Source: a virus
Reading direction: 5' to 3' (one strand)
IMG/VR virus record: IMGVR_UViG_3300001598_000010
Coordinates: 1-50,071 of that record
DNA: 50,071 nt
The notes under the pieces are model-generated. The model was not told where the DNA came from, searched no databases, and was given only the letters and a program-made list of their open reading frames with translations. Positions within the stretch are counted from its first letter, which is position 1. Every line of letters starts with the position of its first letter. The translations under genes and the position numbers were made by a program. Below are positions 1-8,363 of this stretch, piece by piece.

Positions 1-99
1 AATGCCGGGAATCCGTGACCCTTGATGAACGCCACGAACCCTTTTAGGATGTTGATAATCTTTTCCATCGTACTGAAAATTTTGTGTTTGCAACACAAA
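1..99. repeat. Left copy of the 99-bp terminal direct repeat (contig circularisation overlap)
   Basis: Bases 1-99 are identical to 49973-50071 on hand comparison. Confidence 0.9.
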
Positions 100-100
100 A
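80..100 (-). terminator. AU-rich hairpin, possible terminator at the end of the early operon
   Basis: 9-bp arms TTTTGTGTT / AACACAAAA with a 3-nt loop. On the minus strand it is followed by TTTT. It lies just downstream of the RuvC-like gene. Confidence 0.35.
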
Positions 101-156
101 ATAATGGGTGCATTACAATAATACACCCAAAATCAAAATTAAGTAAGGAATTCTTT

Positions 157-669
157 TCAACAATGCCCAACCTTGACACGAATCGGCAACCCGGAAAACT
201 CCCACGCAAGCAAGGCGGCATCACGCGCATCTTGATTGGTTCGACCCGTCAAGCCGGTGAAGTACGACAGTTCTTCCATCGTAATTTTGCCATCCTTGCC
301 TTTCCAGATCTTCTTCAACGGAAAGTGTTCAAGCACGGGAATTCCCCAATACCGGCACATTTCAGCAATCTTGCGCCCCGTTTCGTGATTGCGACCGACA
401 TCCTTGGCAATCCGTTCCGCCCGGTGACCTTGCGCCTGATGAAAGTTCGACTTGTTGACCATCCATCCGGCTTCCACCACGACAATGAACTTTGCCTTGT
501 TCATCTGGGCGGCTTTATTGGCGAAAGATAGGTAATCAAGCAAGTGTGGGAAATCAAGGTTCGTGACTTCCAACTTGCGGGTTCTCACTTCCAGAAACGC
601 AACGCCGGACTTGTCCGCATCCGGGTCAACGCCCACAACGACATCATACTTTTCCATACATCCGGACAT
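157..669 (-). CDS. RuvC-like Holliday junction resolvase
   Basis: 170 aa. N-terminal VVGVDPD acidic motif and C-terminal NQDARDAALLA motif are typical of RuvC-fold resolvases. It is the last gene of the recombination/replication operon. Confidence 0.7.
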   Translation of the reverse strand: MSGCMEKYDVVVGVDPDADKSGVAFLEVRTRKLEVTNLDFPHLLDYLSFANKAAQMNKAKFIVVVEAGWMVNKSNFHQAQGHRAERIAKDVGRNHETGRKIAEMCRYWGIPVLEHFPLKKIWKGKDGKITMEELSYFTGLTGRTNQDARDAALLAWEFSGLPIRVKVGHC

Positions 670-1085
670 TAGAACGGCAAATCATCCTGTTGCGGGTCAA
701 GGCTGTTCGGATCTGGCGCGACCGGTCTTGATGGTTGTGCTTGATATGATTGCTGATGAACCGGTGCTTGTGCCGGTTGGCTCTGGGATTCCTGACGGTT
801 GCCGACAAGCTGCACTTCGTTGGCATTAAGGTTCAGGGAAACGCGGAATTCGTTGTTCCGACCGGTGTATGTCTTGACAACCATATCACCCCGGACAAAG
901 ACTTGCTTTCCGCTTGTTAGGTATTGCAGAAGATTCCCGCCGTTTCCGTACCACAAGACGGAAATCCAGACGGTTTCTTCCTTTGAACGCTGATGCGCAA
1001 CGGAGAACGACACATAATCGCGCCCGTTGATCTGTTTAACGATGGCATCACTTCCGATGTTGCCGATTACTTCTGATTTAAGCAT
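669..1085 (-). CDS. ssb: Single-stranded DNA-binding protein
   Basis: 138 aa. OB-fold-like N-terminus, Q/P-rich linker and the acidic C-terminal tip DDLPF characteristic of SSB. Confidence 0.85.
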   Translation of the reverse strand: MLKSEVIGNIGSDAIVKQINGRDYVSFSVAHQRSKEETVWISVLWYGNGGNLLQYLTSGKQVFVRGDMVVKTYTGRNNEFRVSLNLNANEVQLVGNRQESQSQPAQAPVHQQSYQAQPSRPVAPDPNSLDPQQDDLPF

Positions 1086-1109
1086 AATGAATAATAATTG
1101 AATTGATTT

Positions 1110-1289
1110 TTACAATGAATCTTCTTCGATGTCTTGCCACATTTCACCATCAAAGCTGACAAGATGCTTGGTGGTGTCAACGACAACCATTTCCAAGTTT
1201 GGGTCGAACTTCGATGCTTCAAAGAACCGGGTGTAAAAAGCACTCTGTTCGCCGGACAATTGATTGCGCCATAAAACAAGGTACTTCAT
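1110..1289 (-). CDS. Hypothetical small protein (59 aa), below the ORF-track cutoff
   Basis: Hand translation gives MKYLVLWRNQLSGEQSAFYTRFFEASKFDPNLEMVVVDTTKHLVSFDGEMWQDIEEDSL. The ATG lies 3 nt after the MazG stop. Composition is more coding-like than the overlapping track ORF 1067-1279. Confidence 0.45.
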   Translation of the reverse strand: MKYLVLWRNQLSGEQSAFYTRFFEASKFDPNLEMVVVDTTKHLVSFDGEMWQDIEEDSL

Positions 1290-1292
1290 AAC

Positions 1293-1832
1293 TCAATAGG
1301 CTTTCCCGTGCTTGGCGGGTCTTGTTTCGTTGTACTTCATTTTTTCACGGATGTGCCAATCAATCGGAATGCGAAGTGAACGGGCAAACGATTCAACGAA
1401 TTCCAATCCGAACTGAATGCGCTTTTCCAGAACGATGTTGCCACGCGCCAGACCTTTCACAAGCGCAAATGCGTTTTCGGTGAATGTGAATCGGTTGAAT
1501 GCCCGGTAATACCGGCAAGGGTTCAACTTCGAAAAATTGATTTGAAGATTTCCGGCAAGATCTGCAAGCCTGATGGCAATGTCCGCCATTTCATCTTCAA
1601 CGGTGTCCTTGATGTGGAGTTCGAAAGCCTTGGTCTTATCTTCGACCTTGGCAATTTCGTAAAGTGATTGATCTGCGTGCCTTGCGTGCCGGTCGGCTTC
1701 CACCATTTCGGAAATCTCCGTCACAATCAGCATCAGGCAATGTTCCGCGCTGTTATGTTCATTCCAGAACCCGTGCGCAACGGCATTGGCGTGCGCTTTC
1801 TCTGATAATTCCTGGTAGTTCATTTTGGTCAA
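1293..1832 (-). CDS. MazG-like nucleotide pyrophosphohydrolase
   Basis: 179 aa. Paired acidic helices (TEISEMVEA and EDEMADIAIRLADLA) are typical of the all-alpha NTP-PPase (MazG) fold. Confidence 0.7.
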   Translation of the reverse strand: MTKMNYQELSEKAHANAVAHGFWNEHNSAEHCLMLIVTEISEMVEADRHARHADQSLYEIAKVEDKTKAFELHIKDTVEDEMADIAIRLADLAGNLQINFSKLNPCRYYRAFNRFTFTENAFALVKGLARGNIVLEKRIQFGLEFVESFARSLRIPIDWHIREKMKYNETRPAKHGKAY

Positions 1833-1835
1833 ACT

Positions 1836-2414
1836 CTAAAATAAAACATTCTTCTTTGTCACGATGTCATACACTTGCCTTGTAAGATAGATGTCATAAA
1901 AGGCATCGTGCAATGATTCATCATCAACTGAAACACCCAAGAAACTTGCAACGGTTGACAGCTTGAAGTTCTCCATTTCCGCCCGCTTGTCCATTAGATA
2001 TTCCGTTGCCAGAACCATCACATCAATGGAGTTCGACCAGAACCAAGAACCGAAATACACATCACCGTTCTGCAAGAAGAATCCACGCAAGAACTGATTG
2101 TCAAAAGCCGCATTGTTGTAACCCGCAAGGAAGAATTTGTCTTTCTTATCATACTTGGACACATACTTGCCTATCATCGAAAGAAACTGTTTGTGGATTT
2201 CTTCCATAGGCGGATATTCCAAGATCTGTTCACGGGTAACCCCGGCAACTTGCAATGCTTCATCTTCAATCAAGGCTTTCGGATTTGGGCGCACGCGGAA
2301 GTCAAACTTTTCCTTTGATACGCCATCAATCACGATTTCACCAGAAATCTGGTGGATGCCATTCTTGCCCGGATTCGTTCCGGTTGTTTCAAGGTCGAAA
2401 AATAAGATTTTCAT
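1836..2414 (-). CDS. DEDD-family 3'-5' exonuclease (DnaQ/epsilon-like)
   Basis: 192 aa. Exo I FFDLETTG, Exo II NAAFDNQFL and Exo III HDAFYD motifs are present. Confidence 0.8.
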   Translation of the reverse strand: MKILFFDLETTGTNPGKNGIHQISGEIVIDGVSKEKFDFRVRPNPKALIEDEALQVAGVTREQILEYPPMEEIHKQFLSMIGKYVSKYDKKDKFFLAGYNNAAFDNQFLRGFFLQNGDVYFGSWFWSNSIDVMVLATEYLMDKRAEMENFKLSTVASFLGVSVDDESLHDAFYDIYLTRQVYDIVTKKNVLF

Positions 2415-2469
2415 TTCGTTTGTGAATTATAGTAATACATAGAATTTCAAAAAAATTTTGAACATCGGC

Positions 2470-3498
2470 TTACAGCTTGGAAAGCCATTGTTCCCATATC
2501 TGGGTTGCCACATTAGCCATCATCACCGGCGGCACACTCATTCCGCAAATGTAATTGGGTCTTTGTCCACAAAAATTGTAGTCCAAAGGGAATGTCGAAC
2601 CAAGCACGATTTCACGGTTTGAAAGGAAGCACGGTTTGTGATAGGCAATCGTTGCTTCTTGCTTGGCGGCAATAGTTGAAAGCACCTTGTCCGGCTTCTG
2701 CAAGGAACAATTGAAATACTTATCTTCGCCAAAGCACCGCTTTGAAATGTCCGCAAGGGATGCATCTTCATATTCGCGCCTATCCCAACATTTCCTGTAT
2801 GATGGCGGGATTGGATAACTTTCATCATCATCCATAAATTTCCGGTAGAAGATTGGTTCTTCATCGAATTCCATTTCAAATTTCGGCAAGGTTTCAAACA
2901 AGTTCACTTGTGTGAGAAACGGCGTTGCCAGATCCTTTCGCAAGCACACGAAGAACACCCGTTCCCGCCTTTGAGGAACACCCATTGTGGATGCGTTCAA
3001 CAGATAGTGTTGGCAATAATAACCGGCGGCATCGAATTCTTCGTGTATCTTCCGGACATATTCAATCGCGTTTCCCATCAGTAAACCTTTCACATTTTCG
3101 GCAACAACGACCTTTGGTTGAAGTTTCTTCGCCAGATCAATGAAATCAAAGAACAATGTGTCCAGAACTTGTTCCGCTTGCCCCTCTCTGAAATGCTTCA
3201 TCTTACCCCACGCATCTTCGCGGTCACCGGCAATCGAAAAGGTTGAGCAAGGCGGCGAACCGTCAAGGATGTCCAACTGATAAAGTTCTTCCGGCAAGTC
3301 ATCACGCATCTTGAAAGTCTGAATCGGTTCAAGGAACGGCATTCTTGGGTTCAGGTTCTGACAATAGGCGTACATCATTCGCTTGTCGATTTCATTGCAA
3401 CCAATAACATCGTAACTTGCTAATTTATAACCCATTGATGACCCCCCCACAAGAAAAACACGAAAATACCTTGCCCCGGTCTTTGGTGAATTTTGCAT
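2470..3498 (-). CDS. DNA (cytosine-5)-methyltransferase, orphan
   Basis: 342 aa. Motif IV GSPPCSTFS, motif VI ENVKGLL and motif VIII QRRERVFFV are present. No adjacent restriction endonuclease gene is recognisable. Confidence 0.85.
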   Translation of the reverse strand: MQNSPKTGARYFRVFLVGGSSMGYKLASYDVIGCNEIDKRMMYAYCQNLNPRMPFLEPIQTFKMRDDLPEELYQLDILDGSPPCSTFSIAGDREDAWGKMKHFREGQAEQVLDTLFFDFIDLAKKLQPKVVVAENVKGLLMGNAIEYVRKIHEEFDAAGYYCQHYLLNASTMGVPQRRERVFFVCLRKDLATPFLTQVNLFETLPKFEMEFDEEPIFYRKFMDDDESYPIPPSYRKCWDRREYEDASLADISKRCFGEDKYFNCSLQKPDKVLSTIAAKQEATIAYHKPCFLSNREIVLGSTFPLDYNFCGQRPNYICGMSVPPVMMANVATQIWEQWLSKL

Positions 3499-3533
3499 CC
3501 GCCAAAGTCCAAGCGTATGGGAATCTGTGTTTG

Positions 3534-4133
3534 TTATTCATTGTTTTTGGGGTTGTTGTAATACATTCTTTCCATATAGTCATTGACGGAATCAGCCATC
3601 TTCCGGAAATCACGGTTGAACCGATATTCATCATCATAAAGACCAAGCGAATGGATGATTGTGGAATGGTCACGATGAACGGAATTGCCAATGATCTGCA
3701 AGCTGATGCCGAACTTCCGGCAATGCTTGATGTATATCATCCGAAACAAGTGGTTCTTGTAATCGCGCCCCTTGGATGAATACGCGCCAAACGGAACACC
3801 GAGAACATCGAAGATGGCGTGCTTCACGGCTCCCATCCCGCGCTTTTCACGGTTCATCACGCTTTCGCGCCAGATGTCTTTCTGGGTTCTTTCCGCTTCC
3901 AACTTGATATGGATGCAAGCCGGGCATTCATCCCACTTGTCCATAAGGAAAAGCATTTCGCAACCCTCAAAGACTTTCAGTTCATCCAGAAACCTTGTCT
4001 GCCAAGGTGCATCCATTTCGATGCCGACCTTATATGGGTTGACAACTTCGATGTCCAATTCCGAAAGGAAATCTTCAACGATCTGGAAATCTTCCGGTGT
4101 ACCTTGACCGGTGATATACATTCTGGGTATCAT
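3534..4133 (-). CDS. Fusion protein: DUF4406-like N-terminal domain plus a DnaA domain IV-like HTH C-terminus
   Basis: 199 aa. The N-terminus (MYITGQ...VVNP...CEMLFLMDKWDEC) resembles the DUF4406/deoxyribosyltransferase-like fold. The C-terminus (IYIKHCRKFGISLQIIGNSVHRDHSTIIHS) resembles the DnaA C-terminal DNA-binding helix. Confidence 0.55.
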   Translation of the reverse strand: MIPRMYITGQGTPEDFQIVEDFLSELDIEVVNPYKVGIEMDAPWQTRFLDELKVFEGCEMLFLMDKWDECPACIHIKLEAERTQKDIWRESVMNREKRGMGAVKHAIFDVLGVPFGAYSSKGRDYKNHLFRMIYIKHCRKFGISLQIIGNSVHRDHSTIIHSLGLYDDEYRFNRDFRKMADSVNDYMERMYYNNPKNNE

Positions 4134-4145
4134 AATTTGTGTTGA

Positions 4146-4982
4146 TTAGTGTTGTGCTTGTTCGTATAGGAATTTGTTGATGAAGTATTCCTGACCCTTG
4201 ACGGTGACCTTGGTGGTGTTCTTCTCAATGATTCTTCCGGATGAAAGCTGAACGCGGGATGACCTTATCACGAACAACCCTTGTTCGACATACTTCTGGC
4301 GCGGCAAGTTGTATTCTGAACCATAGGCGCAAAGGAACTGTTTGTCGCGCATCCATTGGAACAATCGCATTTCGCCGATGTCAACGCCCGCCTGACAAAG
4401 CATCTTGGCAAGTTCTGAAATGGAAATTGGGTCGTTGGACAACTTGACGGTTGTTCTTTCCGTTGTTGCCGGTCTTGCGCCCGCCTTGATGCCGTTGCTG
4501 ATGATGAAGTCCAACTTTTCTTCAATGGCTGACAGGCGGGAAATCTTGCCGCCAAGTTCATCAATTCGTGCAATCAATTCCAGATATTCTTGCATCGTGA
4601 TAGGTGCTGCAACCTTGACCGGTTCATTTGCCGGAAGTGTCTGTTCAAAATCTTCGTTTTCGAACAGATCAATCGGCTTCTGTATCGTTGGCGCATCCTT
4701 GCAATCGTATTGGGCAAGGATTGCGGACTTTTCAACTTCGATGTGCGGGATTGTCTTTGTAAGCTGTATGAAGCCATTCTTTGTCACCCAATATGATGTC
4801 TGGGTCTTTCCATTACAATCCCGGTAGGATGTTTCGATGAAGTCATTTTCAAGACCAGGAATTGACTTCAATTTTCTTACCGACTTCAAGATGTTCTTGT
4901 GCTGCCGGTTCAATTCGATGGCAATGTGCGTTGTTTCGGCTGCAAGCACGCCATCCTGTCTTTTGTGTACGATCTGAATCAT
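4146..4982 (-). CDS. Rha-family regulator with a KilAC/antirepressor-like C-terminal domain
   Basis: 278 aa. N-terminal Rha-like segment (THIAIELNRQHKNILKSVRKL...YWVTKNGF). C-terminal antirepressor-like segment (ISELAKML...LFQWMRDKQFL). Confidence 0.65.
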   Translation of the reverse strand: MIQIVHKRQDGVLAAETTHIAIELNRQHKNILKSVRKLKSIPGLENDFIETSYRDCNGKTQTSYWVTKNGFIQLTKTIPHIEVEKSAILAQYDCKDAPTIQKPIDLFENEDFEQTLPANEPVKVAAPITMQEYLELIARIDELGGKISRLSAIEEKLDFIISNGIKAGARPATTERTTVKLSNDPISISELAKMLCQAGVDIGEMRLFQWMRDKQFLCAYGSEYNLPRQKYVEQGLFVIRSSRVQLSSGRIIEKNTTKVTVKGQEYFINKFLYEQAQH

Positions 4983-5000
4983 AGAAATAGAAAATTAGAT

Positions 5001-5726
5001 TTATAGATTTGAAGTAAGGGTTCTTCTGTCTTTCCCTTTGAGTTCATAATAATTGCACATTTCACCCAAGCGTGATGCAACACGGTCACCGTATCGTTCA
5101 GCCATCTTGTTGCCGGAAATGCGTAAGTTTGATGTCACCAAGGTGATCTGGTTTGTCTGGTCACCTCTGTATTCAAGAAGCGTTTGAAGCACATTCATTC
5201 GGTTTCCCATTGAAACACTTTCCGCCGGTTCACGACCAAGGTCTTGGATTCCGATGATAGGCATTGACTTGTATCTTGATATGAAGCCATCCTGAACAAA
5301 TGCATTGCAGATATTTTCAGCCGGAACATTTCCCCAATATAAATTGTTCATTTCTTTGCCGATTCCGACCTTAAACTTCAACGCAAGTGATGTGGCGCAC
5401 ATAATTTCAAGACACCAAGACTTTCCAGAACCGGTGTTTCCACCGATGTAGATGCCTTTCTCCAAACGACCGGGAACGGTTTCATTGGGTTGTTCCGGAT
5501 TCAACGCCACCATTGATGGGTCACAGACAAGCCATTTAGCGAAATTTTCGTAAACGAAGCGGTTTTCTTCATCCAGAACAAATCGCGGATTTCTTGACTT
5601 GCCGATTGCCGTTGCAACCTTAATTACATCTTCCCAAGAAAGGCTTGAACGGTAGCGTGTCACGGTAGGGAAATAACCCCTTTCGTGCAACTGTTCGATT
5701 ATGGAATTCACATCAATCATTGCCAT
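5001..5726 (-). CDS. DnaC/IstB-like AAA+ ATPase (helicase loader)
   Basis: 241 aa. Walker A GGNTGSGKS, Walker B-like IGIQDLG and a sensor-like LVTSN. It sits immediately downstream of the replication initiator-like gene. Confidence 0.7.
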   Translation of the reverse strand: MAMIDVNSIIEQLHERGYFPTVTRYRSSLSWEDVIKVATAIGKSRNPRFVLDEENRFVYENFAKWLVCDPSMVALNPEQPNETVPGRLEKGIYIGGNTGSGKSWCLEIMCATSLALKFKVGIGKEMNNLYWGNVPAENICNAFVQDGFISRYKSMPIIGIQDLGREPAESVSMGNRMNVLQTLLEYRGDQTNQITLVTSNLRISGNKMAERYGDRVASRLGEMCNYYELKGKDRRTLTSNL

Positions 5727-6580
5727 TCGGAATTTGCGCTGTTATTCTGGGATGTCTTGGTCTGGCGGTCATTATAATTGCCCTCTGCCACCTTAACCCA
5801 ATTCTTTGAGTTCTCAAAGACCCAATCGAAAGTTGCTTTCCAACCGGTCTTGTTGTCACCGCGCAAGAACTTGGAAGATTCCATTGCGCTGAATATGCTT
5901 TTAAGAAGATTCCAATCCTGTTTCATTTCATCCACGAAACGGATTCGGATTTTCGCCTTTCGCGCCTGACTGATTTTGATGATGCGCGGGAACGATGGAC
6001 ACAATTCGTGATAAAGATTCACGATCTGAACATAATCAATTTCATCACTCTTTCCAGAAGCCGGTTCAACCGAACCGGAAACTTCTGATTTATCAGAAGT
6101 AATAGTATTTATATTTTCTTTTCTTTTCTTTTCTTTATTACTATTACTTTCGTATTCGCTTTGAATTACATTTGTATTACATTCGTATTCTTCACCATCG
6201 GTGTCTTGTATTTCATCGTTGCCGGAAGCATCTGGATGCCATCTTTGCATAATGCTTTCACGCCTTTTTTCACAGATTGCCTTGCGTTCATTCATCCTTT
6301 TATTGGCTGATTCTGACCAGAAGTTGACACCATCGTTCTTGAAAAGATTGTAATCCATAACAACCCTTTCAACCTTGGCAACATCCTGATGAAGCGCAAA
6401 CGCAATGACCTTAATCTGGTTCAAAGGCAACGAACCACCATCCTTGTACAGATCTTCAATCAAGCACCAATAAATGCCCAATCCCTCACATCCCAAGTCG
6501 AACAACACTTGTTGCAGCTTGGAATCTGATTGTGCATTGTAATCGTGTGGAAAGTAGTGGTCTTTCATTTCGTTGTCCAT
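5717..6580 (-). CDS. Replication initiator / replisome organiser (DUF4373/DnaD-like N-terminus)
   Basis: N-terminus YFPHDYNAQSDSKLQQVLFDLGCEGLGIYWCLIEDLY matches the Lin1244-type DUF4373 pattern. Start refined to the ATG at 6580 (the track start at 6589 is TTG). Confidence 0.6.
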   Translation of the reverse strand: MDNEMKDHYFPHDYNAQSDSKLQQVLFDLGCEGLGIYWCLIEDLYKDGGSLPLNQIKVIAFALHQDVAKVERVVMDYNLFKNDGVNFWSESANKRMNERKAICEKRRESIMQRWHPDASGNDEIQDTDGEEYECNTNVIQSEYESNSNKEKKRKENINTITSDKSEVSGSVEPASGKSDEIDYVQIVNLYHELCPSFPRIIKISQARKAKIRIRFVDEMKQDWNLLKSIFSAMESSKFLRGDNKTGWKATFDWVFENSKNWVKVAEGNYNDRQTKTSQNNSANSEWQ

Positions 6581-6589
6581 AATTATCAA

Positions 6590-6617
6590 ATGCCCACCAC
6601 CGGATGATGGTGGGCAT
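6590..6617 (-). terminator. Strong hairpin immediately 3' of the remote DGR target gene
   Basis: 10-bp arms ATGCCCACCA / TGGTGGGCAT with an 8-nt loop. It lies 10 nt after the stop of ORF 6627-7142 and 10 nt before the next ATG. On the minus strand it is followed by TTTGATAATT. Confidence 0.4.
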
Positions 6618-6626
6618 AATAAATCG

Positions 6627-7142
6627 TTAACGAATCAACAAAACATCATTGAACAATTCGATAAAGGTCTTTCCGAATTCGGTTGCGCGTTTTTCCGTCT
6701 TGAAGCAAAGCCGAGAACCGACATACGCATACGTAAACGACCACGAACTATTCGAATTCGAGTAAACGAACCCCGCAGCACCCTTGTCATATACAAACCA
6801 AGGAAACCACTTGTATTGTCTGGAATCAGACCAATCCGGAACGAACCCATCTTCCTTATTCCACGCTTCCGCGATTGTGAACAGCTTTTCAAGTGCTTCA
6901 AGTGCCTTGTCGTGCTGATGGTTCTTGTCACCTTTATCAAGTCCAAGATATTTCCTTGCGGATTCATAGTTCGGAATTGTCGTTTCGATGACATCTTCAC
7001 ATTCAACGGTGAATATTGATGGCGAACCGGCTTCCGGGTCGTTGGAATCAATCTCTATCTGGATGATTGAAGCGATCTGTTTCTTGTCGAATGTTTCGGC
7101 AACCACTTCATCATTTTCATTCTTGATGATATATTTTTTCAT
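6627..7142 (-). CDS. Small early-region protein carrying a second DGR variable repeat (VR2)
   Basis: 171 aa. The C-terminal part AAGFVYSNSNSSWSFTYAYVGSRLCF is encoded by a 77-bp match to the DGR template repeat. Confidence 0.8.
   Translation of the reverse strand: MKKYIIKNENDEVVAETFDKKQIASIIQIEIDSNDPEAGSPSIFTVECEDVIETTIPNYESARKYLGLDKGDKNHQHDKALEALEKLFTIAEAWNKEDGFVPDWSDSRQYKWFPWFVYDKGAAGFVYSNSNSSWSFTYAYVGSRLCFKTEKRATEFGKTFIELFNDVLLIR
6703..6779 (-). repeat. DGR variable repeat 2 (VR2), remote from the RT
   Basis: Hand alignment to TR positions 19657-19733 gives 77 bp with 10 mismatches, all where the TR has adenine on the coding (minus) strand. Confidence 0.85.
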
Positions 7143-7161
7143 ATCGTATGGCTAAAATTGA

Positions 7162-7896
7162 TTATTCTTCGATAATAGTAAGTGCCGGGCATCTTTCGCG
7201 GATTTTGGCAAGTTCCGCATCAATGACGGAATCACGGATGGCTTCAAGCGTTGCATTGGCTTCCGGTGACAAAAGGATAAATGACACTTCACGACCATTG
7301 ACTTTGGCGAATGTTTCGACTTCCAAGGTTTCAGCCGGCATTCCCTTGAAGATTGGGATGTGAAGCACGAACATCGGTGGAAGATTTGAATTGACTATCT
7401 GGGTGAAGTTGTCGGTCGTGTTGCCGTTGCCCTGAACACTTCTTTCGACCTTTGCGTTGATGGTCGCATTGAAGTTCATCAGTTCGCTGACCAACTTCAT
7501 ATTCGTTGCCTTGTCCGCAAAGAATGTCTTGTTCATCTTGAAGAACAAACCAAGTGAAGCCGGTGTCCAGACAACATCCGCGTTGTTAATTCCAAACGAC
7601 TTGAACGCCGGATGCATAGCAAGTTTGCCGCGAACACATCCTTTGTTGTAAGGGTCATTTTCGTTGATGGTAAGTGTCATTTCGACTTCCTCACGGTTCA
7701 CGACAAGACAGCTTCTTTCGATGGCGAACTGACCGGTTTCGATGCGCTTGTCAAGGAATTCGAAGATGGATGGAAGTGTTCCGTTGAGATTCACCGGAAT
7801 CGGCGGTCGGTTTTCCAATGGTTTTGCGGCTTCGCCGTGTCTGATAGTGACTTCCTTTTCTTTGGCAATAAGGTTGATTTTGATTTCCTGTTCCAT
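7162..7896 (-). CDS. Hypothetical early protein
   Basis: 244-aa uninterrupted ORF in operon context. No motif recognised. Confidence 0.6.
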   Translation of the reverse strand: MEQEIKINLIAKEKEVTIRHGEAAKPLENRPPIPVNLNGTLPSIFEFLDKRIETGQFAIERSCLVVNREEVEMTLTINENDPYNKGCVRGKLAMHPAFKSFGINNADVVWTPASLGLFFKMNKTFFADKATNMKLVSELMNFNATINAKVERSVQGNGNTTDNFTQIVNSNLPPMFVLHIPIFKGMPAETLEVETFAKVNGREVSFILLSPEANATLEAIRDSVIDAELAKIRERCPALTIIEE

Positions 7897-7902
7897 AAGG
7901 CA

Positions 7903-8352
7903 TTAAGAATTTAAGGTTTGTGACTGTAAATCTTCTTTCTGGCGCAAGGTTGCGAAGATGGTTGGTTGAAGTTCATCGGCGGTTGCCGGTCTGCATTCAA
8001 TCAGGTCACCATCGGCGTTGTAATAACCCGTTTCCTTGCTCAATTGATCTGTGAATTTGTAACAGATTTCGGTGACATATTCGGATTTTGCCTTGATGTT
8101 GCCGACCATCTGGTTTCGCTGTTCCAGAAGCGGTTTCAACTTGCCGTTGATGGTTGCAACGGCGGCTTTCTTTTCCGCTTCAAGTTCCATAATGTTGATG
8201 GAAAGGTTTGCAAGGTTCTCTTTGTGACCTTGAAGTTCCGCCGGTGTGTACGGCTTCATATAACCTTTCTGTTCGCACGCATCACAATTGTCTTTCAGAT
8301 ACGCTTCGCGTGCGGCGGCGTTGACAATTTCTTTACCAAGATACTTTTCCAT
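7903..8352 (-). CDS. Hypothetical early protein (coiled-coil-like centre)
   Basis: 149-aa ORF, tightly packed in the operon. Confidence 0.6.
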   Translation of the reverse strand: MEKYLGKEIVNAAAREAYLKDNCDACEQKGYMKPYTPAELQGHKENLANLSINIMELEAEKKAAVATINGKLKPLLEQRNQMVGNIKAKSEYVTEICYKFTDQLSKETGYYNADGDLIECRPATADELQPTIFATLRQKEDLQSQTLNS

Positions 8353-8363
8353 TGTTTTGGATT

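Noticed and set aside
22-531. 169-aa plus-strand ORF at the window start
   Set aside because: It is antisense to the well-supported RuvC-like gene (157-669), starts with TTG and has an odd Arg/Pro/Phe-rich composition.
1067-1279. 70-aa track ORF
   Set aside because: Its composition is implausible. A 59-aa ORF in another frame (1110-1289), with an ATG start coupled to the MazG stop, fits better.
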